NCBI GenBank assembly: GCA_035281225.1
Contig: DATEEI010000035.1
Location: 9,607-73,606 of the forward strand
Length of the DNA stretch: 64,000 nucleotides
Direction of reading: 5' to 3'
DNA from: Vicinamibacterales bacterium
GTDB lineage: Bacteria; Acidobacteriota; Vicinamibacteria; Vicinamibacterales; JAMQPK01
Shown here: positions 1 to 9,427 of the stretch, in pieces
Layout of the letters: every line of letters begins with the position of its first letter
Numbering within the stretch: the first letter of the stretch is position 1
The notes under the pieces: model-generated
Databases searched by the model: none
What the model was told of the DNA's origin: nothing
Seen by the model: only the letters and a program-made list of their open reading frames with translations
Position numbers and translations under genes: made by a program

Positions 1-1489
1 CCGGCATTGCTGGTTTGACCGGGGCGACCGTGCTCGTACGCTGGGGCTCAACCGCCGTCCCCGTCCCTTCCCCAACGTAGGTGAACGCGAGGATCGATCC
101 CTTGTTCGTCATCGTGCGCGTCGGGCCGCCCGTCATCGCCTCGGTGAGCCCGCGAGGATCGGTCGCGATGTAGATCGTCTTGCCGTCGGGGCTGACAGCG
201 GTATCGCGATAGCGGTTTTCGGATTGGAAGTAGCGCGAAAACGGCCCCCGCACCCGCTGCCCATCGTCGCTGAGCGCGACCACGTAGAGCGACCCGCGTT
301 TCAATGTCGTCACCAGCAGCACTTTTTCCCAACCGGGGATGCCGCCGGTGCGTGGGGCTCCGTAGTATTCGAGGCTCGACGGGGCGACCGTCGGCCAGCA
401 GGCATAGTCGGTGCCGCGGCACACCGGATCGCTGAAGTTGTACCCGGTCGGCACGGTAAACATCGTCGCGATCGGCTGTATGAATGGCTTCGTGAACGCG
501 GATTCCGGCTCGTGCGGCACCGTCGAGGGAATCGCCAGATCGCTGAATTTGATCTGCGCGCACGGCGTCGTCGACTCCGCCCACCGGGCGTACTCGTACG
601 CCTGGTCGTCCTTCAGGCCCGCCACATGCGGCCACCCGTAGTTGGCACCCGCCTTCAGAATATTGATCTCGTCGTCGGTCTTCGGGCCGTGCTCCGATTC
701 GTAGAACGTGCCATCCGGGCCGAAGTCGATTCCCTGCGGATTGCGATGGCCGTAGCTGAAGACGTGGCTTCGCACGCCTGCAATCTCTGGATTGTCGTTC
801 GGAATCGAGCCGTCGAGATTCAGCCGCAGCACCTTCCCCACGTACGAGGCGTAGTGCTTCGCCTGGATCTCCGCCTGCGTCGGCAGCCGCTGCGATTCGA
901 TCGGCGTGCAGGAATTGCCGAGTTGATTGTTCCCGAGGTCGCCGATCGTGTAGTACAGCTTGCGATCCGGCCCGATCTTCATCCGCCCAGCCAGATGGTC
1001 GTTGCCCGCGGGCATTCCAGCAATCAGTGTGACCGGATTACCCAGCGTCTCCGTCGCCCGATCGTAGGTCAGGCGCACGATCTTCGTGTAGAGATAACGA
1101 TACGGGCTCGCGGGAGCCCGCATCTCGTGCGGCGGCAAGCTCCGGTCGGTGTACGTGTAGGCCGTGTAGACGACGTGGTTGTCCAGGTCGAGGGCCAACC
1201 CCATCAGCCCGTCCTGTCCTCCTGGAGCGAGGACCTCATCGATGGTCGCCGCCACCTTCTGCTCGCCCGTCGCCGGATTCACGCGAGTGATGCGCTTGCC
1301 CGTGCGCTCGGTCACCCACAGCATATTGTCCGGGCCCCACGTCAGTTCCCATGGCCCGGCGAGTCCCGTCACCACTTCGGTCTGGCGGAACTGCTTCGTT
1401 CCGCGCACCACGGTCTCCGGCCCATCCTGCGCGATCAGCCCAACCAACACCAACAGGCCGCAGACGACTGCGGCAACAACGGTTCTCAT
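1..1489 (-). CDS. PQQ-dependent sugar dehydrogenase (soluble glucose/sorbosone dehydrogenase family, beta-propeller); 3' end runs off the window
   Basis: Absent from the supplied ORF track because it has no in-window stop. Hand translation of the minus strand from ATG at 1489 (GGGAGG just upstream) gives MRTVVAAVVCGLLVLVGLIAQ (signal/anchor) ... GLAGPWELTWGPDNMLWVTERTGKRITRVNP ... HLAGRMKIGPDRKLYYTIGD ... VFSYGHRNPQGIDFGPDGTFYESEHGPKTDDEINILKAGANYGWP. These are hallmark blades of the GSDH/sGDH family. The frame stays open to position 2. Confidence 0.85.
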   Translation of the reverse strand, partial: MRTVVAAVVCGLLVLVGLIAQDGPETVVRGTKQFRQTEVVTGLAGPWELTWGPDNMLWVTERTGKRITRVNPATGEQKVAATIDEVLAPGGQDGLMGLALDLDNHVVYTAYTYTDRSLPPHEMRAPASPYRYLYTKIVRLTYDRATETLGNPVTLIAGMPAGNDHLAGRMKIGPDRKLYYTIGDLGNNQLGNSCTPIESQRLPTQAEIQAKHYASYVGKVLRLNLDGSIPNDNPEIAGVRSHVFSYGHRNPQGIDFGPDGTFYESEHGPKTDDEINILKAGANYGWPHVAGLKDDQAYEYARWAESTTPCAQIKFSDLAIPSTVPHEPESAFTKPFIQPIATMFTVPTGYNFSDPVCRGTDYACWPTVAPSSLEYYGAPRTGGIPGWEKVLLVTTLKRGSLYVVALSDDGQRVRGPFSRYFQSENRYRDTAVSPDGKTIYIATDPRGLTEAMTGGPTRTMTNKGSILAFTYVGEGTGTAVEPQRTSTVAPVKPAMP

Positions 1490-1568
1490 AGCGCCTCCCG
1501 GCAGCCGTTACTATCGCATATTGGGAAAGGAGAATTTATCAGCCGTGAATCAGGCGGCGGGAAGGGCT

Positions 1569-2258
1569 CTACCAGGGGAGTGATTGCCACCCGCCCGCGT
1601 GTTGCCAGGCGTCTTCGGTGTACCAACGGATGTCGGTGAAGCGCTCAGTCGATCGCAGCCACTCATCCAAGAACTCGGACAATCCAAGATTTCCGCGATG
1701 CACAATCAACCATCGATCAGGTCCATCAACTGGCCGGATCGTCATTGGATGGAAATGGTCTTCGGACCATGCAAGCGCGAACGATGCTTCGTTGTTCCGA
1801 CGTTCAATCGGTTTCGTGCGAATGTCCGAGTACGGACGTTCTTTCACTGCGTATTCGGAGAACTCCTCGAGCAGCCGCGAAGCATCCGACAGTGAAGGAT
1901 TCACCTCCGAAATCGCAAACGTGACGACGTTTCGAAGCACCACCGCGATATCCGCGGGCGCGTGATCGCATACATGAGCGTCGCCGGCTTCGGCTAACCT
2001 CCGGATTATTGCTGCGTCATTGCCACGATAGTGAATACAGTCGACTTCCTGCGATCGGAGCACTTTGAGCATTCGGCTTTGTTCGTCGGCGGTGACCGGC
2101 TGTTTGCTCACCCAGCAACCGGTTTCGCTGTCACCGAACAAGTCTGGAGCAATCGCCCACGGTATGCCGCACATGAGACAGCAATCTCTTTCTACGTAGA
2201 AATCGCCAGGCACATTTCTGGGTTCGTCGTCCCGTCGGTCGGGCCGTTCGCTCTTCAC
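1569..2258 (-). CDS. hypothetical protein with N-terminal ferredoxin-like Cys-rich region
   Basis: 229-aa ORF with a GTG start. GDFYVERDCCLMCGIPWAIAPDLF resembles single-cluster 4Fe-4S ferredoxin domains. The C-terminal ~150 aa is unrecognised. Its composition is balanced, unlike the overlapping plus-strand ORFs. Confidence 0.55.
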   Translation of the reverse strand: MKSERPDRRDDEPRNVPGDFYVERDCCLMCGIPWAIAPDLFGDSETGCWVSKQPVTADEQSRMLKVLRSQEVDCIHYRGNDAAIIRRLAEAGDAHVCDHAPADIAVVLRNVVTFAISEVNPSLSDASRLLEEFSEYAVKERPYSDIRTKPIERRNNEASFALAWSEDHFHPMTIRPVDGPDRWLIVHRGNLGLSEFLDEWLRSTERFTDIRWYTEDAWQHAGGWQSLPW

Positions 2259-2335
2259 AAGTTACGGTATCCGTGCATGGCAGGCAGGTTAGCCGGACGA
2301 TTGGGGGTTGTCAAAGGATGAAGGAGGTTCGAACT

Positions 2336-2998
2336 TCACGCGATCCCTGCGCACGTTTCCACAGACTCCGCCGCAATCCATTTTCCTTCACGTTTCTCTA
2401 ACATGAGCTGGCGATACTCGTAGCAGTGCCGATAGGGTGGCTGATTTTCCGCTGTGGGGAAACAGTCGTACTGCACTGTGACCATGGCGCGGGTCTTTTG
2501 CTCGTTGAAACCCACAACAGAAAAGGCCACGAGTCTGCCGCCAGGAAAATGGCGAAAGACTTCGGTGCCTGGCGACTGTTGGCCTGAGAATTTCGACAGG
2601 TCATAGCCGGCCTTTCGCATCATGGATCGCAGGTCCGCCATGCTCACCAAGGAGTACGGCCGTCCCAGGTCAGCATCGGACCGCAGTGTCCGGATACGCG
2701 CGTTTTCCTTCCTGTGGCTCGCCACGACGTGCCGCCATTCAATCGGGACGGTCTTCTCATCAGGGCATGTCGTGACGGCACGAGTTTCCCCGAGCAGCGT
2801 CACCCGATCCGTGGGCCGGCCGCTGTCCGCAGAGCCGACCGTCAACGCCGCTGCGAAGACAGCGTACGACTCAGGGTCGGCAATGACGTCTTCTGATTGC
2901 GCCCATGTGCGACCCCGCTGATGAACCACGATAAGGCAGATGCAAAGAACGCACGCTGTTAAGTGACGTCGGAGTCGGTTCAATGCTTCTGGTCTCAT
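2336..2998 (-). CDS. hypothetical secreted or membrane-anchored protein
   Basis: The ORF track gives 2336..3028. ATG at 2998 is preceded by GAGGAG about 9 nt upstream and yields MRPEALNRLRRHLTACVLCICLIVV (hydrophobic N-terminal anchor). No family recognised. Confidence 0.5.
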   Translation of the reverse strand: MRPEALNRLRRHLTACVLCICLIVVHQRGRTWAQSEDVIADPESYAVFAAALTVGSADSGRPTDRVTLLGETRAVTTCPDEKTVPIEWRHVVASHRKENARIRTLRSDADLGRPYSLVSMADLRSMMRKAGYDLSKFSGQQSPGTEVFRHFPGGRLVAFSVVGFNEQKTRAMVTVQYDCFPTAENQPPYRHCYEYRQLMLEKREGKWIAAESVETCAGIA

Positions 2999-3194
2999 GA
3001 CAATGATCTCCTCACTCAATGTCACCATTCTAGTTGCCTTCGATCGATTCGGAGATCGTGGTGTCCAATCTAAACAGCACCGCGATGGACCGAATCAGTC
3101 GCCCGATGACGGTTTTAGTATGGTCCGATCTGTCTTTTCATCTGGAACGCTCACGGGTTCCCGGGTACTTTGTTTGCAGCCGCTTCGATAACTT

Positions 3195-4490
3195 ATGATG
3201 CCGCGCACAATCGTCGCGCTTGCGTGTTTGGGACTTGCGTTGTGGCCAGGGAGAGCCGATGCCTGCTCATGCGCCGGCTCTGGAAGCCCCTGCGAAGCAG
3301 TCGGACGCGCCGATACGGTCTTCGTGGGACGGGTCGTGTCGACTGACGCCGGTCAGGTGGATTTCGCCGTGGTTGAGTCGTTGCGCGGTGTGCAGGACTG
3401 GCAGGTGCGCATCAACAACAGCGGCGGTAACTGTGGTTACCCGTTCACCACCGGCGAATCGTATCTCGTCTACACGCACCGGACGCCCGACGGCCAAATG
3501 TCGACGAGCATGTGCACGCGCACACGCCCGGTTGCCAACGCAGCCGAAGATCTCGCGTACTTGCGTTCGCTCGCAGCGATTCGCCCGGGAACCCCGGCGC
3601 GCGTGGCCGGCAGGGTGCGATTGATGGACCGGTTCCGGGCCACGAACGATCAGGTAAAGCCCGTGCCGGGCATTGCTGTCAGCGCCACCGGAGAAGGCGG
3701 TACGTTCTCTGCGACGGCGAACGAACGCGGCGAGTTCGTGCTGACCGGCTTGCGCCTCGGTGCGTACCACCTCACGACGAAGGTGCCGGACGGCTATGAG
3801 AGCCAGCCAGCCAGGGTCGAGATCCACGATGCACGCGGCTGCGGCGAGGTCGGACTCGTCGTGTGGTACGACGGCCGCATTACGGGCCGCATCGTCGATC
3901 GCAAGGGCTCGCCCGTCAGGCAGCTCCCACTCGAGCTCGTGCCCGTGGGCGACGTCAATAATGTGCGCGCTGGCGAGCGCTTCCACAACGGGGCGCGGTC
4001 GAACGATGACGGCACGTTCGAGTTGCGGCGCGTCGGACCAGGCGACTACATCGTCGCCGTCGCCGGAACGGCTGCACCGAACGTCGGTATCGCCGATCGC
4101 GAGCTCCGCCCCGACGCTGGGAACGCCGCCCGCGCCTCGACTGTCACGGTGGGTACAGGTGAGCAGGTGAGTTTCCAGAATTTCGTCATCGCGGACAGCC
4201 TGAAGCTCGTCACGATTACCGGCGCGGTCGTGGACGAGAAGAAGCAGCCTGTGCGCGACGTAGAAGTCTCGGTCGGCGGACGCGAGACGGAAGGCGGCTC
4301 CTCCGTTCGACTCCCGGCAGCTTCGGACTCAGAGGGCCGTTTCGTGCTGACGGTTCTGGAGGGCGGGCAGTACGTGGTCTACGTAGCGCGTCGAGCTGGA
4401 GCAAGGCCGTCGCAGATAGGCCGGATGCCATTCACCGCAGCGTCGGGTTCGCCAACTGTCCAGGTCGTGGTTCAGCCGAGCAGGTTCTGA
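3195..4490 (+). CDS. secreted protein with a TIMP/netrin(NTR)-like N-terminal module followed by carboxypeptidase-regulatory-like (prealbumin-fold) domains
   Basis: The signal peptide MMPRTIVALACLGLALWPGRADA is followed by a mature N-terminus CSCAGSGSPCEAVGRADTVFVGRVVS ... NCGYPFTTGESYLVY ... MCTRTRP, which parallels the TIMP pattern CxC...C..AD.V..A..VS ... CG..L...YLI. Downstream segments such as GRITGRIVDRKGSPV and TITGAVVDEKKQPVRDVEVSV are CarboxypepD_reg-like. Confidence 0.65.
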   Translation: MMPRTIVALACLGLALWPGRADACSCAGSGSPCEAVGRADTVFVGRVVSTDAGQVDFAVVESLRGVQDWQVRINNSGGNCGYPFTTGESYLVYTHRTPDGQMSTSMCTRTRPVANAAEDLAYLRSLAAIRPGTPARVAGRVRLMDRFRATNDQVKPVPGIAVSATGEGGTFSATANERGEFVLTGLRLGAYHLTTKVPDGYESQPARVEIHDARGCGEVGLVVWYDGRITGRIVDRKGSPVRQLPLELVPVGDVNNVRAGERFHNGARSNDDGTFELRRVGPGDYIVAVAGTAAPNVGIADRELRPDAGNAARASTVTVGTGEQVSFQNFVIADSLKLVTITGAVVDEKKQPVRDVEVSVGGRETEGGSSVRLPAASDSEGRFVLTVLEGGQYVVYVARRAGARPSQIGRMPFTAASGSPTVQVVVQPSRF

Positions 4491-4491
4491 C

Positions 4492-5901
4492 GTGCCGCCG
4501 CTTCGTATCACGCTCGCCTGTGTCTTGACGCTCAGTTCGGCCGTGAACGGCAACGCATTTCAGTCGCCGTCAGAGCCGGCGCCGTCGCCTGCCGGTGTGA
4601 TTACGGGTACAGTGACTGATGGCGGTGGTAAGCCTGTAGTCGGCGCGAAGGTCCAGGCGGCCGTGCGATTCAAACGTTGGGTCGGCGCGTACTACGAGAT
4701 TGCCGTCGGTCCGACGGATGACACCGACGATCGTGGGCGCTTCCGCCTGCACTCGCTTCCGCGGGGTCAATATGTGGTCGTCGTCACGCTGCAGGACCCA
4801 GCGGGGCCAACGCGGCGCGATTCCACAGGCCAGCGTCGTACCTATCATCCCGGAGTCCTCTCACTCGACGCCGCCACTCCTGTCGCAATCGAGCCTGGAA
4901 ACGAGCTGGATGTGTCGATCCGGTTCGCACCTGTTCGCCTGTTCTCGATTGCGGGCGCTGCGACGACGTCGGCCGGTCTCCCAGCCGCAGGCTTCAACGT
5001 GTCGCTTCGAGGCATTCCGGCAACGATTGGATACACCGGCGTCCCAGTCGGATTCATGACGACCGTAATTGCCGGGGCGACTACCGCGTTGGATGGCTCA
5101 TTCTCCCTTGTGGCAGTGCCACCCGGCTCGTACACGCTGACGGTCACCAACGGCTATGCACGACGCGAGCAGCCGCTCGAGATCAACGAAGTCCGTGTGG
5201 ACGTGAGCGCGCCGGTGACTGGGCTGAAGGTGACGACGGCACGTGGGTCCGTTGTGTCGGGCCGGCTGGAATGGGCGGGGACAGGACCGTCACCCTGGCC
5301 CGGCTCGAAAACCTTCGTGAGCATCCGGGCCACCGGGATCGGACGCGAGTCGAACTTCGGGTCGATAGACACGGACATTCAGCCGGATGGCACCTTCAGG
5401 TTTACCAACCTGTACGGGTTGAGGCGCATCCACTCGACGGTTTTGGCCATTCAGTCGATCGAAGCGCCGAAAGAGGCGATGACGGGGCCGAACCTCAACA
5501 TCACGCCGGGTACCGATGTTACCGACGTCAGGCTTATTGTCACCAATCGCACGGCGACAGTCATGGCGACGCTGGTGGATGAGACCGACAAGCCATTGAG
5601 CGCGTCGCTCGTGCTCATGCCGCGTGACGAAACCAATCTGGATCCGCTGGGCTGGGGGTTTCGCGTGGCGCAGAGCGCTGGATCGACCGGCGGTGTGCCG
5701 CACCACACGATGGGGGGCGTGCTGCCGGGTTCGTACCTCATGATCGGCATCGACGTCGGTGTGCACTTGCTTTCCGCCGACGCGGACCTCATGCAGCGCG
5801 CCCGCGCGGCCGCAACGCCGATCGAGATCACTCCCGGCCTGACACAGCGCCGAATGCAAATCGTCCGCTTACGACCGTTCGTTCGCCCGCCTTTGAAATA
5901 G
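4492..5901 (+). CDS. secreted carboxypeptidase-regulatory-like domain repeat protein
   Basis: The GTG start lies 1 nt after the upstream stop. A signal-like N-terminus is followed by GVITGTVTDGGGKPVVGAKVQA and further Ig/prealbumin-like repeats (PGSYTLTV, GSVVSGRLEW). Confidence 0.65.
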   Translation: MPPLRITLACVLTLSSAVNGNAFQSPSEPAPSPAGVITGTVTDGGGKPVVGAKVQAAVRFKRWVGAYYEIAVGPTDDTDDRGRFRLHSLPRGQYVVVVTLQDPAGPTRRDSTGQRRTYHPGVLSLDAATPVAIEPGNELDVSIRFAPVRLFSIAGAATTSAGLPAAGFNVSLRGIPATIGYTGVPVGFMTTVIAGATTALDGSFSLVAVPPGSYTLTVTNGYARREQPLEINEVRVDVSAPVTGLKVTTARGSVVSGRLEWAGTGPSPWPGSKTFVSIRATGIGRESNFGSIDTDIQPDGTFRFTNLYGLRRIHSTVLAIQSIEAPKEAMTGPNLNITPGTDVTDVRLIVTNRTATVMATLVDETDKPLSASLVLMPRDETNLDPLGWGFRVAQSAGSTGGVPHHTMGGVLPGSYLMIGIDVGVHLLSADADLMQRARAAATPIEITPGLTQRRMQIVRLRPFVRPPLK

Positions 5902-6142
5902 GCGCAAACCTTCTGGCGTCCGCAGGACTGCTCCCGATTACAGTCTTGTGGCTTGACGGAACGGGCCTCGAACCCTCACGATCGTTTCACGATGTTCTTC
6001 TCCCTCGTCTAGTCCTGCCTGCAAGTGGACCGTACTGCGTCCGGTGGGGCGTGGTGCATCTGGTCCGCACACGACATCGACTGCGCGATTCAGGCGTGGC
6101 CGACATCTGCAGATCCAGTTACTAGAACGAAGGGAGGATATC

Positions 6143-7351
6143 GTGTCTTCGGCTGAACGTTTCGTTCGGCATCACAAGCAACAAACCGACCGCGCGATCA
6201 GCCAGGCGTACGCACGCGTGGCCGCAAGCACGCGCGCCTCAGCAACATTCCGCGCGCTGCTGCACGGCGTTCGGAATCGAGCCCCACGGTTGCTGGACGC
6301 GCCCGTGGTCAATGGCCACCATTCTGGCGTGGACGCGCTCGTCAATCTGTCGCGATTTAGGTGGGCACACATCCGGGCGGTCGGCGACTGGCAAGGGACA
6401 TCGGCGTCCTGGCGACCGGCGGTGTATTCGCTTGCACAGCATTTGATCGGCAGGTACACCGTGCCGGCGTTCCTCGCCGCGTCTTGGTATGCGGTCGATG
6501 ATGTGTACGCGGAGAAGAAGCGCGAGTGGTTCGTTGCGCATGCGCATGGCGCCAGCTTTCGATCGCTCGACCTGCCGATCGAAATGACCAGGAAGATGGA
6601 ACACATCTTCCTCACGTCACGCGATCACCTGGCGTTCGAACACGCGATGCGGCGCGCGGAGCTCCTTGCCCTTGGCGGGTCCGACGAACTTGTCCGAGCG
6701 GTGTTGGCGACACGATCGGCAACCGACCTTCGCCACGGTGCGTTCTGGCGGACAGTGTGGATGTTCCTGATTGCGAACGCGCGTGCGATTGAGGCGTCGC
6801 AAATCGGACCGATGATCGATTTCATCCAGGCGATTCGGCACGAGCGGGTGCCCGTTGAAACGCGGGACGGAATCGTCCTGCGGGATCCGCCACAACCGTC
6901 GTTTTCGATGAAGGGGCGAACGGTGCGATCCATGATGCGGTTGATGCAGGATTGGCATCGCAGCCTTGGCCTCGCAAACGGTGGGCTCACGTGGGCACCA
7001 TCACCACTGCAGCCGATGATGATCGAGGAGCCAAGCCAAGACGCGTCTGCACCGCCGAGCGTGTGGCAGCTGATGGAGCTCACGAATGGCGCGCAGCTGC
7101 GGGCGGAAGGCACGGCTCTGCGTCACTGCGTGGCCAGTTACGCTGACCGGTGCTGGCGAGGCGCATCCCGGATTTGGGCGCTCCGTGTCCACCGAGGTGA
7201 AAAGGTTCGCCACGTGCTCACCGTCGAAGTCGACATGAAACGGCGCACCGTCGTCCAAGCGCGTGGCTGGGGCAATCGTGCGGCGTCTGGAAAGCCGCTG
7301 CGGTTACTGCATGATTGGACCGTACGTGAGAGGCTGCGGCTGGCACTCTGA
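6143..7351 (+). CDS. PcfJ-like domain protein
   Basis: The ORF track gives 6044..7351. An in-frame GTG at 6143 is preceded by AGGGAGG. The C-terminus LRAEGTALRHCVASYADRCWRGASRIWALRVHRGEKVRHVLTVEVDMKRRTVVQARGWGNR matches my memory of the PcfJ-like domain of conjugative elements. Confidence 0.6.
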   Translation: MSSAERFVRHHKQQTDRAISQAYARVAASTRASATFRALLHGVRNRAPRLLDAPVVNGHHSGVDALVNLSRFRWAHIRAVGDWQGTSASWRPAVYSLAQHLIGRYTVPAFLAASWYAVDDVYAEKKREWFVAHAHGASFRSLDLPIEMTRKMEHIFLTSRDHLAFEHAMRRAELLALGGSDELVRAVLATRSATDLRHGAFWRTVWMFLIANARAIEASQIGPMIDFIQAIRHERVPVETRDGIVLRDPPQPSFSMKGRTVRSMMRLMQDWHRSLGLANGGLTWAPSPLQPMMIEEPSQDASAPPSVWQLMELTNGAQLRAEGTALRHCVASYADRCWRGASRIWALRVHRGEKVRHVLTVEVDMKRRTVVQARGWGNRAASGKPLRLLHDWTVRERLRLAL

Positions 7352-7537
7352 GCGGTCTGATACTGTTCGTTTTTCTTGCCTATCCGTGGTGGTCTTCGAT
7401 GGGCGTAGTTCTTCCTGTCCTGTTGTTTGTTTCGGGAGTCGCAGTCGGGGTACTTGAGCAGCTTCGACAGCAGGAAAAGGAATGGGAAGAACAATGAAAG
7501 CCGCGGCGAGCTTGAAAGAAGATCTGATGTTACGGAA

Positions 7538-8731
7538 TCATCGGATTATCCTGGAGGGCATCGGCGTCGAACCTTTCCCTCGATCGAAGACAATGCCTGC
7601 GCGCACGAACGGGCCGTCCTGGATCAACTGGGTGGGCGCCGTCGGATCCAGGCGTCGATATCCGCAATCGATGCGGAACCAGCTGTAGTCGCCGAGTTTT
7701 CTGACGATCGCACTCACGCCGGCTTCATAGAAGGTCACGCCTGTCGGTCCGTTGATCCATTCGTAATCGACAACCGCAACTAACGCCCCATTCTTCATTA
7801 GCTTCCGCTCCATGGCCACGGCAATGGCGTCGGTCGAGCTGCTTCGTTTCGGAAAGAAGTTTCCGTGCAGCCATTCAGCGGACAGTACGTTGATCCGATT
7901 TGTGCTGGCCGCGCTACCCCCAAAGCTGAACTGCCACTGGTGGAGCGCCGCCACTCCTCCTGCATCGTCTCCATTTCGATTCACGAATGTTACTTGGGCT
8001 TCCTTCAGCTTGTCGGCGGAGACTCTCGATACACGGAGGGCTTCCATGACGCCATCCCATCTGAGATCCTTCCGACCGCGGTCGGCTAGCGTGAACTCCG
8101 TCCGTCCCCAGGGCTGATCGATTGAGACGCTGAAGCCGAGGACTCTGTCGATTTCCGAAATCTCCGAATGTATGGGCTTCCCGTCACCTTCATAGAGACG
8201 CTTGTTGTTATCGCTGTGCGCCGTCGCGCGGATGTCTCCGACGGTGAACTCGAATCGCTCCGAGAATTTGTGCTGGATGTACACCTCTTTCATGCTGCTC
8301 TGGATGTTTGACGAGGTAAGGGTCGGGTTGACGCGCTGGCCGTTCACTTCGCGGGGGATATAGTTGTCGAGGTAGAAGCGAAATCGCAGCAACGTGCCAT
8401 CGCTTGTCGTCCAACTCGTAAGCACGTATGAGCTGCGGGGCCCGTTGTAGTCCGACGGGTCGTGGCTAAAATTGACTCCGGCTGGTAACGAGAACCGCAG
8501 GTGCTCCCACACTCTGCTCGGCCCCGCATCTTCGGCCGTCGCGGGCTTGACCTCCTCAGTGGTCCCTATTGCCTTGTCGGTGAGAAGGGCGCTCTGCGCT
8601 TCGGCCGGAGTTGCGCTCAGTGAAAACGCAAAGACCCAGAGAAGGACCAGAAGCGGCCGACCTAGGAGTGATTCGGACGCGATCAGTTTGCCGCCGTCGA
8701 TAAAGCTCTCTACTCGATTTCGCATCTGCAC
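7538..8731 (-). CDS. hypothetical secreted protein (possible outer-membrane beta-barrel)
   Basis: 397-aa ORF. The signal-like segment LLVLLWVFAFSLSATPAEAQ is followed by alternating-hydrophobicity segments. No family recognised. Confidence 0.5.
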   Translation of the reverse strand: MQMRNRVESFIDGGKLIASESLLGRPLLVLLWVFAFSLSATPAEAQSALLTDKAIGTTEEVKPATAEDAGPSRVWEHLRFSLPAGVNFSHDPSDYNGPRSSYVLTSWTTSDGTLLRFRFYLDNYIPREVNGQRVNPTLTSSNIQSSMKEVYIQHKFSERFEFTVGDIRATAHSDNNKRLYEGDGKPIHSEISEIDRVLGFSVSIDQPWGRTEFTLADRGRKDLRWDGVMEALRVSRVSADKLKEAQVTFVNRNGDDAGGVAALHQWQFSFGGSAASTNRINVLSAEWLHGNFFPKRSSSTDAIAVAMERKLMKNGALVAVVDYEWINGPTGVTFYEAGVSAIVRKLGDYSWFRIDCGYRRLDPTAPTQLIQDGPFVRAGIVFDRGKGSTPMPSRIIR

Positions 8732-8977
8732 GTGGGCCTGCGCGTCACTGCCCGCGCCGACACGCAGGATACTATGGCATCTCTGACGTCTCGTTGCCAG
8801 CAGCGCACGTATTCATATGGAAATACGCCTGCGAGAGTGGCGAGACAGTCTGGAGAGGTGTCGGATCTGGCGCGGTCGGCAGTTTATCCGCACCCATGCG
8901 GCGCCAGTTGAGTGGCCCACAGGAGCGGGAAAATCTTCTGCGCCATCTTGACGTACTCGGGACGTTGTCGCTGCTCC

Positions 8978-9427
8978 TTACTTGAGGAGGCGCGGATCGA
9001 TCGCGTGCTCGCTTACTTGTATCACTTCCAGCTGCCCAGCGTCCGCATGGCCGGGATTCAGCAGAACATTGAACGTCTCGGGAACCACGGCCGATGGCAC
9101 ACGCAGTAAGGCCGAACGACCGGCCTGCAGCCAACGATCTCCGATAGCACGTGTGCGGTCCGTGTGTTCGAGCCAGTCCGTCGGAAGATCGGCCGCGATC
9201 AGCTCTTCAACGACGAGCGCATCGGGCGCACGAAGCTTCAGCAAGCGGTAGCGCGTCGGCAAATCGCGAACGTCGATCTCGAAGTGAACCAGTATCTCCA
9301 ACAGCGCCGCTGCCGGACTCTCGCTACAATAAACGACTCGACGACCGCGTGTGTGCCAGCGGCCCGACGCTCGCATCCCGCCATCGCCGGCGAGCGACAC
9401 GTGGTTGCTGATTCGCCACAGGAGCAC
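8978..9427 (-). CDS. RES-domain toxin (NAD+-targeting RES family)
   Basis: MLLWRISNHVSLAGDGGMRASGRWHTRGRRVVYCSESPAAALLEILVH is the typical R...E...S RES-domain N-terminus. The GTG start immediately follows the antitoxin stop (TAAGTG). Confidence 0.85.
   Translation of the reverse strand: MLLWRISNHVSLAGDGGMRASGRWHTRGRRVVYCSESPAAALLEILVHFEIDVRDLPTRYRLLKLRAPDALVVEELIAADLPTDWLEHTDRTRAIGDRWLQAGRSALLRVPSAVVPETFNVLLNPGHADAGQLEVIQVSEHAIDPRLLK

Noticed and set aside
224-1639. 471-aa plus-strand ORF, the longest ORF listed at the left end
   Set aside because: It is antisense to a minus-strand frame that translates into unmistakable PQQ sugar dehydrogenase motifs. Its composition is Arg/Val/Pro/His-rich and low in complexity, typical of high-GC shadow ORFs.
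5955-5995. tRNA-like GGGTTCGAGGCCC motif (minus strand) that could mark an integration site
   Set aside because: Only a 3-bp T-stem can form. There is no acceptor stem, anticodon arm or CCA context. It is not a tRNA or a convincing tRNA fragment.
7399-7497. 32-codon ORF MGVVLPVLLFVSGVAVGVLEQLRQQEKEWEEQ in an intergenic gap
   Set aside because: It has one plausible TM helix but no convincing RBS and no supporting context. It is too short to support from sequence alone.
8815-8834. Inverted repeat CGTATT-N8-AATACG upstream of the 397-aa secreted protein gene
   Set aside because: The arms are only 6 bp, which is expected by chance at this scale, and there is no second copy.
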